NCBI GenBank assembly: GCA_030141605.1
Contig: JAQGDQ010000050.1
Location: 569,971 to 633,970, forward strand
Reading direction: 5' to 3'
Origin: Tubiluchus corallicola
Taxonomy: Eukaryota; Animalia; Priapulida
DNA length: 64,000 bases
A program made the translations under genes and the position numbers. Below are positions 48,601-60,600 of the stretch, in pieces. Below the pieces are notes generated by a model, which made no database searches, had not been told where the DNA came from, and was given only the letters and a program-made list of their open reading frames with translations. Position 1 is the first letter of the stretch, and every line of letters begins with the position of its first letter.

Positions 48601-51600
48601 TCATCGTATTTTGATATCCTGTTTTCCAATAAATATTAATAAAACTTTCTCTTAAATGTAATTTAGGTCATGCACTCGGAGCAGCTGCTAATGCATTTTC
48701 ACAGCAAACATCATTTGCTAGTGCATTGTCAATAGCAAAGCATGCTTCTATGGCTGGAAAAAAGGACAATGACTCAGATGCCGGGGCCTCTAGCAGTAAC
48801 AACAAGAAGCGCCTTTTTCTAACTGATGGCACTGACGAGGTATTGACAAACTATTATAACCTATATTGCTTATTGAGTGTAGACAAACATTTTGGCAGAA
48901 ATAAGTAAGTAAGTAAGTATATTAATTTATCACCATTTTTAAAATAGCAAAATACATAACTAAGAAATTTATAAATCTGTACAACATACAATAATATTAC
49001 AAAGTGCAAAAGTAATTATTGATTAGTGGTGAAAGGGTGGCAAAAGAACTATAAGTTATCAAGATCAGCCACCCTCTCAGAATTGTTACTAATATAATTA
49101 ATTAATTAATGAGCATGTACCAGGTAATTAAAAATTATCAGATTTTGCATTTAAGACGAATGAGAATTGAATTATTATACGAATGTGTTAGTTTATAATA
49201 AAACGATGTTCAATATTGGGAAAGAAGAGACTCACATGACCATCTTTAAATAATAATTTAACCTTTATGTATTTAAAATTAATATTATGAGGACCTAGAG
49301 CCAAAGGAAGAAAAAAAATTAATTTTTCGCTTGCAGCTAGCAGAAGTGGATAAACATGTATGTTTAGTCATGAACAAAAGAGTTGAAAGCAAAAGTATCT
49401 TAAAATTCTTTAGGATTAGCGTTGATTATTACATAATATTAAAGATATACAAAAGGTGTACCTTACCTCTATAACATACAATTGAGCTGCAATGCTTACT
49501 GAAGAATTTGTACAGCGTGACGCAAATTATCTGCATATATATAAATGAGGCATTGTAATAACCGGATTCACTGTGAATTGCTCATAAGTATTTAATTTAT
49601 CTAGTATTTAAATAAATGAAATGCAATATCGACTTGAGTAGCATCAGTTGAGATTATTAGTGAATTTAATTTACACATAATGGAAAAACTTATTAGAAAT
49701 AACAGAGTTAGCTCAACTACAAGGATTTCAACTTAAATGGAAGTAAAGAAAATAGTAGTTATAAATTATAGTTAGTTTAGCAAAAATTTACACTACTTTT
49801 AGAATATCATAGATCTACAAAGATGAATACTGAGATATTAATTTTTCTTTATATGTACTGATAAGATAATAAATTGATTTGTTTTTAATTTCTTGGGAAA
49901 TAGAGTTCCAGATATGGGGCCTTGATATTTAAGAGAGCACTGGGCTTTGTTTATTATATCTTACTACACTCATACTAATATTTGAGGCAAAACGAGTTTG
50001 ATAATTGTGTAAAGCAGAAGGTTCGCTCATGTATCCGTTAAACAGTTGGGGCAACATTTTATTTTTGCCATTTTCAATGCTGAAATTTAAACGAATCAGT
50101 ACATTTATGATACTGAAAATGCCTAGGCACAAAATCCAAAGCCATTATAACCTAGTTTCCGCAAATACGCAAACATAGAAGCAGTTTTGCTAGGCGTACT
50201 GTAGTTTTTCCAAACACTTACTTTGGCATTGTACGTTGCACTCATAATTGACCTTCTGACATTTAGAGTTTTACCCATGTGTGTTTATAAACATGTGCCA
50301 TAAGACCTGTCTATGATATTGATGTATTTGCCATTCATTGTATTAAAAATTTCCAATTAAGTTTTTTTTACAGAAGTAATTCACCAACTCACTTTAATAA
50401 TATATAGCTTAAGACTTGTGAATAGACAGATTAAATTAGGTAGTAATTTGAGAAGATTTGTTTACTGGCAAGATGGGGGCACTAACATTACTGAAATTAA
50501 TTAGTGTAATGCTAAACTTAATAAGTCATGAATCCAGTCCTACTGAGCTATAAACAATTTATATACCTTTTTTATTTTTGTGGTTATATACATGTTAAAA
50601 TATCTTCGGATTCAACTTGCAATTGTTTGAATACAGATAAATGCTTGCTGTCAAGAACAGTGACAATGAATAAAAAAATCCCGTATGGAAAGAAAGGGCA
50701 CAACTTTTCCAACTACCATCGTAGTTCTTCTTCGGGTGTACAAAATGTGAAAAAAAATCACGGGATACAGACACACATAATAAACACGCCAACGCAGAAG
50801 AAACATGGTAGAAACACAGAAGAAGCATAGGAGGAGAAACCTTCTGTGTTTCTCCCTTGAGTCTTTATCTGCTGTGTTGCTGTGTTTGTTCTGTGTGCTT
50901 GTATCTTTTTTAGTAAGATATCCTTTTTTATGTTAATAATATAAACAAAAAACCTTGCAAATTTAGTAACTGTAGTAATTCATTGTGAATTTTTCTCTTT
51001 TTTGTCCTTTCTTGTTCACCTGAACAAGAACTACAATAGCAGAACTGCTATTGTCTTCTAATTGTGGGATTTTCTACTCATTGTAATTGTTTGTTTTGCA
51101 ATTCCTGATGATTCAATTAACAGTTTTGCCCGCACAAACAGTTATGTCAATTAAACTACTTTAAAGATGTTATACACTTATCTTGAATTAGTTTTGCAAT
51201 GGCTGCATGAAAGATTTAATTACAAGTCAGAACTAGTTTGTTAAAAGAAGTACATTTATTACTTTAGGTGCTGTTGGGAAAATGCATATTTTTTCTGCGT
51301 GCTAACCCTCATGAAGAGATCGATGATTTCAATGTGTCAGCCAATTCACTGTTTAGCATGTTTGATGTCACTCAATCTAACATTATGCGAGAAATTCAGC
51401 AATACACGTCGCTTGTTTTGGCTCCACAGTTAAAAACACACGAGGTAGAGCAATGCTTTAGAAAAGTGATTTCACATGAGTGCTCAAAATTTTCATAAAT
51501 GCACTTCGTGGGTGTAGTAGTGAGTGAAGGAACTTCCTCATTCTCCAAATTCGTCAGTAAAAATGTCAACAGAATGGGACTTCAGATTTAATAGAAGGAA

Positions 51601-54600
51601 ATGAGACAGGAGTCAACATGACGGGAAGCAGCAGAGCAAGGCATAATACGACTTAGTACAAATTTATTAGAACCAATATGCAAAAATTTAGGTGATATAC
51701 CACGGATGCCGGCAGGCGGACGCACGTGCGTCCACAGAATTTCTTGAATTTAAAAAAGTCATGGCTAATAAATTTTTTTAGCAGTAAACCAAGAAACATA
51801 TCAACCCTTGTGTGTTTTGGCAATAATGGGTTTTGAACTAATGAACTTGCCTGATGAAGTAGCTTCTAGCAACTGCAAAATGGTATAAAATGCAGCAAAA
51901 TGCATGTGTGGCCGAGTTCTGCTGTTTAGCTGTGTCCGGTGGGAAAAATGAGCACACATGCAAACTTATTAAATTTTGTATGGGCTGTAAACTTAACAGT
52001 CTCAAATCAGTTTTATGTTTGACTATCCACATTTTGCTGGATAGATAATCTTGACACTAAATAAATTCAGCTCAAGTAATGGGTCATCTGCATTGCCGTG
52101 TATTACGAACTTGCCTTTATCGTGTATGATTACTATGACTACTTCAATAGAATACAAGGAATATTATGTAGGTAAAATATATTTATTAAAGCAGAATTTT
52201 TCATGTTTGGGAAAGTCGGTGTACCGGAATTTAGATCTCATTTGAAGCCTTCAAAATGTGCTTAAATACAGGTAAATGTGTTGGTGGCGGGGCTCCGCCC
52301 CGGACCGCACTCCTCCAGACCCCCTAGCTGCTTGTGGGTCAAATTTTTAAACTCTGGCGGCGCCCATGTGATATACTATAAATATCCAGGATTTCAGGAC
52401 TGTAATACACAGGCTAAAATAAAGATTTTGCTGTACGTAGGTGTAAGTGACAGCCCGTATCTTTCTCTATGAGTTTTATTGTTGAAAAATAATAGTGAAA
52501 AGAAAGAGACTGTTAGCTGCTGCAGCTGGGCATTTCATTTCAGTACACAATATCCAGAAGTGCTGTTATTATTTTGAAAGGATTGATGTGGCTTATTTGC
52601 ATAGGACTGGGGAGAGCTGAAAACCAATGGCAAGGAAGTTTTGAAGTTATTTGACAGCCTGGATAAATTCAACAACATTCTCGGTTTTGCTGATGCTACT
52701 TTGTACAACCGAGTGCGACTAAAGTGGGATAAGTGCGGCGTTGACATGTCAAAACTTAAAACTTTTTCAGAAATCTCAGCTGCTGGTGAGTTGTTTTCTG
52801 ATTTGTATGTACATTGTGCATGTGTGATATAATGCCAACCATCCTGATTGTTGTCAGTGTATCGCATATGTAGCCTCTATACTATTCTTCATTAATTTCC
52901 ATTTTGTCCAAAATTTCATACTTTTAGGCCAAATTTTTTAGCTTGAAGCCAACTTTGATGTGTCCTCTACATCATAAAAAACATAAAAATAAAGGGCCTT
53001 ACATCATATATATTGACATTAGTATCTTAACTTTTCGTGTCGGTAACCAACATTCCCTTTTCCTTCACTAAAATTATAATTTCTAGCATCGTGAAGCAAA
53101 AAACTTTCAACAGATGTATTGATAAAAACACAACCTTTTTTGTAAACATTTATTCAATGCTAGCTGAATCCACCCGGTTCTTGTTGCTATTTACTTTATA
53201 TGCCAGTTCGACCTACATATTGAATGGCTTTATTTGGACAGAGTAGGGAAGGCAATAGAAACTCCAACTCCTATTAAAGGTAAAGATCTAAGTCTTCAAC
53301 TCGATTGGTTTTTATACTGGTAAGCGATTAGATATCTGCTTGTTTTAGCCAAAGACCCTGAAACTTGTAAGAAACTGGAAACATTGTTGCACAGTTGGTG
53401 CATTCGAGTGGAGAAGTTGCTCTCAGAAACAGAACAAGTAAGAGTAGAGGTAGAAGACGTGGGTCCACGTGCCGAATTACAGTACTGGAGAGTGAGATCC
53501 GCTAAGTTTAACAGGTAATAAATTTAATAATGGAAATTAATTTAGTTACTGACTCATCCTTGCTGCAAGTTCATTGTGACTGTGCTTCAGGTAACTATTA
53601 TTGGTAAATCAAGAGCTTTTGTTACTAAAATAGTAATAAATTCTGAAATAATTGTTCCAATGATTTTAATAAGCTTTAATTTAGTTACATTCAGTTGCCA
53701 TGAATACAAACTTCAGATTAAAACCCGTTTGTATATATCAAATGCTACTTTGCAGCATCTATACTCTAAAGCAAATAAAGTGTACACTAAATGTTAGCTT
53801 TTAATTACAGTTTAGTGGAACAGGTAAAGAACGATCCTTGCAAAGGAGTTATCCTAGCCATGCAAATTGCCAAGACAAAGGTCATCAAACGGTGGCTTGA
53901 ATGTGTATGTTAATCTGCACTTTATTATTAACTAAGATGTGATGATTATGGACTATAAATTTAGTTTATTCTTGTGTTATGTTGATCTACTGAACTTGGA
54001 AAGATTCTGTAGTTATGTTGAAAGTAGGAGCAAAAGACGACAGATTGTAATTTACTGACAATGCTTATTTAAAAACTAGTTGATTTTAGTGTTACTTGTG
54101 CATTTCTGAATAATAATAAAAATTAATTAATTAACATGAAAGAATAGATTTTTTCTGTTGTCTTAGAAATGTGCCAAAGAACCCTTTCATTCAATAAATT
54201 TAACAAACTAATAGTGAGTGCAAGTAGGCTTGTTTGGTGCTAATCATAATGTAATAAATGAGTGGTCTTTCAATTAGTGCTCTGTCAAACGTTGCGTTCT
54301 GTACAGATAATTTGTGACATTTTGTAGCTATTTTTCCTGTCACACATTTAAATGAAAAAGCCTGCTGACTCAGTACAGTGCTGAGCTATATTTTTCTCTC
54401 CCTTGCATATTTTGTGAATGATAACCTTTTATTGATTTTCTGCATTCTCTTGATACTTGTTTGACATATTGCAACAATATCTATTTCACCTGTAGGGAAT
54501 GATATTACGTATATTTTTAAATTGATGCCACGACATCGGATATTCAGCAGCAGTTTTTAGCATTCTGTCTAACCAAGCTTGCCGACTCATTGCTACATTG

Positions 54601-57600
54601 GGTAATTTTGTCCTTCTGAATTATGATTATGATCTTTCGATGGCCTTCACTTCTCTCATGACGCCAGCCCACGATAATTTTTTCCTGTTCATTTGATGTA
54701 AAGAATGATATGTGTCGCACATAAATGCAGACACTGCACTTTTAAGTTGATGTTGGCTGTATCCTCCTGGAATGTGCCACTTTGAGTGTCTTTTTTGCAA
54801 ATTTAGATTATCACTTTGGATGTCTTTTTATACAGGCTCAGCACTTGGTCTATATTTTTATTTAGTGCATTTCAATCATGCAGAAGCCATGTTTCTAGAT
54901 TTTTGTGCAATGACCTTGACTGCTCGATTAAAGGTGTCTATAAATTAAGTACTGTTCTGCTCAGCAGCTTTACTGTTCAGAAATTATTTTAACTTTACAT
55001 GCCCGAATTTCCTAACACCTGTTAATGAAACTCGCATTAGGCGCTACAAAGCATCTTATGGAGAACAATTTTTATTCTTTTTCAGGACGACGGGATTACA
55101 CAAGCCAGTAATGAAGCAAAGGACAATGTACGTTTTCTGACTGCACTTGACAGCTATTTTGACCCGCTTATGACTGCTGATCCTGTAAGTTCGAATGTTC
55201 TAGAATGCCAAAGTTTGTTGTACTGTCCTTTAATCTCATAATTGCGAGGTATTAAAAACTTTTTCGCTAAGCTGGATTGCGAGGATTTCTTTGCTTTGTT
55301 GTCTGATTCAAATTTGATGGGCTACCTACTGTTATTATGATTATCAGGCCAACAATAAAATTACTTCTGTTTCCATCTAATCGCCTGTGTAATATTTTTT
55401 TACCGGGAGTTTTATAATTTTTCATATACTTTCATAAAGTTCATATACTTACTTGACACAGTCATATAAAAACGTATTTTTTTAATTTAAAACGTAAAAC
55501 AATAATTATTACAACGTCGTTCTTTCGGGAACGCAGGACGCGGCTACATTTTTCCGCGACTAACTCTCAACCAAGGTTGCCGCTTTGTATGATGCCCATT
55601 GTATTGGAGGAAAAATATGGAATTTTGTACCAAATCGGTGTATTAATGACTAAGTATTGTTCCCGCTTATACCATAATTAATGCAAAACTAAAAAACAAA
55701 GCGTGAAAAAATGTGCATTGAAAAAATTTAAAACATTACTGCTAACCAGTGGGAAATAAACAACTTTGATTTAAACTGATTTTAAATATTCCACGATTCA
55801 GCTTTAAACATTCATAAAGCTTTAAAAAACATTTTTTTTGAAAAAAATTGATTTCCTCCCTTCATACTGACATCTTTTGAGCTCATGAGGTAAGACAGAA
55901 ATAATTTTTTTGTGGCCGGTCTCACTGAAAAATTGTTTGTGTTGCGCAGGCTACAAATTTTCTAAATTGATAAATTATATGTTTTCAGAGAGTTGGCACA
56001 ACTGCAGTATCTAAAATTTTCTAGTACATGTTATTATAGTATATGAAGTTCTAATGTAGTCACAGTGATTTAGCTACAAGGTTGCTTTGCCTTTCCATTT
56101 GTTATTATGGCACCTAGCCGGCTAGTCAAATTTTAGTAGTTCCTGTGTTAAATCTTGATATTTGATTTATTCTTGCTTTGTTTATTTTTTAAATTTTAGA
56201 TGTAAATGAAATAACTTATAGTATAATTGTATTTTTGATTCAGACTGGGTTGGAAGGTAAGCTGGCTGGTCTCATGAACGCACTGCAATTAATTTACACT
56301 GTGTCTACCTACTATAACACTTCGGAACGTCTCACTTCACTGTTTCTTAAAGTAACCAATCAGCTCATTAATGTTTGCAAAAACTACATGATGGGCGGAG
56401 TCAAACAGGTTGTGTGGGAATTGCCTAGGTAAGTTTAAGTATTAGCATTGATACAAAATCTGTGCTGAAAATAGATGAAAATAGTATATACAGCAAACCC
56501 TATTTTAAAAGCAGATGAACAGTAGTAAAGAGGCATATCTGCCCAATTCCAATGCTCCAAGCCTTACTATTTGACATATCTTAAATTGTTCACATACATA
56601 TTTTTGTATTTTTCACACATTTTTTTCACACATTTTTTAAAGAACTGCTCAGAATGTCAACCTCATCAAATTTCACAATGTTGGCAGCAACAAAATGTGG
56701 GTACAACCAAATTGTCAGCATTTGGGAAACAGTAATGCGGAGTCATGTGAACATCTGTTTAAGTAGCAATAAAAGAGGTTTAATGTTCCAACAGAGCTTT
56801 GGTAAACAATGGATTGCAAGGTTAGCCAGAAACCAGGCTGAGTAAGACTGACAATACGTTTTTACAATGTGGCAAGTGAGTTAAGGTAAGGAATTGAGGC
56901 ACCAGTCCAGATGTGACTGCAGTGTTCCTAGCAAGGTCCAAATGGTCAACTTCAAAGTACGACTTCAAGAGCTAGACAGTTTCGAACACGGTGATGACAC
57001 AGTAACGAGTCTATATCATATATAAGCTTATAGAGTGACTTTTGTCTGTAGAGCATATGTCTTTTTAAATTTTTATGATTTTACAAAAATGTGCACCATG
57101 CAGGTTCTTTATATATGCGTTTTATTTTGCCTAATGTCAGACACAAAATATGTCCTTCATTAATCTAATAACATATACTATATATAGTAATCATGAAGCG
57201 CACTTTGGCACACAAATAAAAAATCTATACCAATCTTGTTTTCTTCTTTTTGGAAGAAAATTGTTGTTGTTGAGTTTAACGTTATCGTTTTTAGTTGTAT
57301 TCAAATTCTTATTTTTATGCAATTATTACTTTTTGTGCCTTGTAGTTAAATGTCGCTTCATTGTAATTAAACATCTTTGGCAACATGCACATTTTTAGAA
57401 AAAATACAGACAAACGAACAGCTAGTTTAAAACTTACATGAGGTTGCTATCGTGTTGTTACATTCTGTCATACTATTACATTTTGTTTTTCGTCAAATTG
57501 TAAGACAAAACGTTTGGCAACTATAATGATCAAATCAGTAAATGATTATCTATATACACTTTTAATATTAATCCAGAGAAATCTTTGTGATATTGTAGGA

Positions 57601-60600
57601 AAGAGCTCATTCAAAGAATTAACAACTGTATCAATCTGAACCAGGTATATCAGGCAGTTTTTCGTACTACTAAGAGCAGCATTGCACAAGATGCTTCACA
57701 GAAACAGTTTACATTTAGGTACGTCAAACTAAGCATTGATTTGATTCAACTGATTTGTACTGGTAAACTTCTGAGATAAGAGAAGCTAGTTTTATGATAG
57801 TAGTGTTTAAAAGCACCTCTGTATGGCATGAAGCTGAATCTTTTGTATGCAAAATAATCTTGATCTTGAACTAAAGTTGGCTTGTTTCCTGTATATTCTT
57901 TGTGTGTGCAGTTATATTTGATGTGAACTCTTATGTGGTTCTGTTGAATTCATGTAGATTCTGTAGAACATTTAAACCACATTGGTAGAGACCGTTATTT
58001 TCATGTTGTAACTCATTCGTTGTTGTATAGGGGAGATAGTTCAAAAGCTTATCATTGTACCAAAAAGGAAAATTATTTAGTGCCAGTGTTTGGTTTTGCA
58101 CAAAATGATTTTCATTGGTACTTATACTAGTGAAAGCCTGACATAATGGAAAAGAGAAATACAGTTAATCTCAGGTATAAGGTACTCACTTGTAAGGGAC
58201 AACCGCTTATAAGGGACCACCAAAGCTGGAACGTTTTTCCTTACAAAAATCTGCATATGTGAGGTACTCGGATATAAGAAACTTTTGCTTAAAAGGGACG
58301 ACATTTTTAGGTCCCATGCAGTAGAATTTCTTTGCATATAAAGGACGGTTTCCTGATGCGATAACTCAGAAAAATGTCACTGGCTTTTTTGCCAGCAAGT
58401 AAACAACTGGAAAACTATGTACATCTATAAACCGATCCAAAGACTATGCATATTAATAGCCATATGTACATATATTACATGTAATCAGTATTCATATAAA
58501 TGTTAGTTTTTTAATAAACGTTTATTTTGAAGTTTAGTTCGAAAATAAATATTTGACAGAGTTGGTTCAGTATGTACCAAATGTTGCAAGAAACAGTCCA
58601 AAAAGGCTATTGAAGTAGGAGACTAGATAGAGGGCGCATAAGCGTGAATGCACCTTAGATTTGACTCTATTTCTGTTATAAGGTACACCGGATATAAGGA
58701 ATGATTTTTCCAGTCTTGAGGTGTCCCTTTTATCCAAGGTTAACTGTTCAAAATTGATGAATTCATTTTGCAAAAAAAAGAAATAAAATTGTTTTCAGAA
58801 CAAAATGTGGATGTAGCTGTAGGATGAATATGGAAGTAAAAATAGGAAAATAGTAACAATATCACTGTCATCACTCTGTAAAGAAAATTTATCAATCAAG
58901 TGACTGTCTACAAATTCACATTCTTTAGTGTGTTTTTAAAGAACCAAATTTGTGCATGTCTCAGATGCCAAATGTGACTGATACATGTTATTTTCATAGG
59001 TTTGTTTATTGTTTGCTTTCACACCATTTTTCTGGTGCAGTATGTGATGCGTTTTACCATGTATGTTGTTCTGCAGTGAAACCTACATTTTTGGCAAATT
59101 TGACCAATTTTGTCAACGACTAAGGAAGCTGCAACAAATATCAGACACTATGGAAACACTGCGCTGCATTATTGACTTGCAGATTGACGGGATGTCCTCA
59201 TTAAAAAACAGAAACCAAACTGCCTTAGATACAATGTACAAAAAATCTGTGTCAGCGCTAGATTATAAAAATAGCGAGGTTTGTCTTTAGTATATTTTAC
59301 GAAAAACAAATGCAAAACCTCATATTTTTTTACTAGAAATTAATGGACTATATCATTTAACTAACTTGCATTTGAAACTATTTGGTACTGAAATGTATAT
59401 TAGAAGTAAAAGTTATGTTAGAATAGGGCGCTAAAGTTATTATCACAATGAATTACTCAATTTCTTGCGTGTGTGTGCATGTGCATGCATGCATGCATTT
59501 TATTAAACGGGTATATAATTCAAACTTCTTGGATATGTGCTATGTTACATAACTATAATGCACTAAAGACCATTCTTAGTGAATTGTAACAAACATCAGA
59601 GTTTTAGTGTAAGTGAAATAATTATTAATTATTTTAGATTTTCTATTCCAGTTTGAAAATGTTTACAAGTTCTATATGGATGAGGCTGAGGTGCTGCGCT
59701 CCATGTTGCAGGTGTTTGTTGATTCGATATTTAAACAGCCACTTACAGTGAGTATTTATTTATAACCTACTTTAAATATAGTAAAAATTTGAATAGTTAC
59801 AAATTTGTGGGTGATGTGTAAACATGTGACTGTATTTTTGCGACTTTAACACACGTCCTTTTGGCCATGTCATCAGTGCTTGGGTGAAAGACCCGTGCAA
59901 GAAGGATGTTTATTTAAATAAAACTCATCTTGGCACCTTTAAATTACTCTTTTAGTACATTTTCAGTCATAATTCTGAAACTTAGGTGCCGACATTGTTT
60001 CATTAAGCTCATGACTCATGAGTGCCAATTGATGTGCATGTAATAGACGTAAATCAAAGAGTTTGAACTGCTTTTGTTTGCCAGATTGCCAAGGCATTAC
60101 ACCTGCTACAAATGCTTCAGCAAACTTGTGGTGCAAATGTGAACTTTGAGGCAATTGGTCTTCACATTTTAAATGATTTTAGTAAGGAAATGGAAGAGGT
60201 ATGACATATAAATAATGCTGCACAGTAAATTTCAAAAAAAAATTTAGTAACAAGTTTTTGTAAAATATAACTATTGGATATTATATATTGTTTTTCACAC
60301 AATAACGATATTACTAAATTTCATGTTAATGTGTTTGTGCTGCAAAAACCTTAGAGTTTAATGCTTCTTATTAATTTATGCAACTAGTAATATTATTAAT
60401 AACTCTAATGAAACTCCATATACTGTGTAATCAGCACGGTAAAGCAGTAAGAGATAGGTTTTAATAGAATACGCTGCTTTTATACATGGATCACAGATTC
60501 TCAAATGTACACTTTTTGTTTTATTTTGGAGAAACAATGTATGACAAAATTTTTGGGCATGCTTTCTCAGATATCCCTAACATATATATTGTGAACTGAA

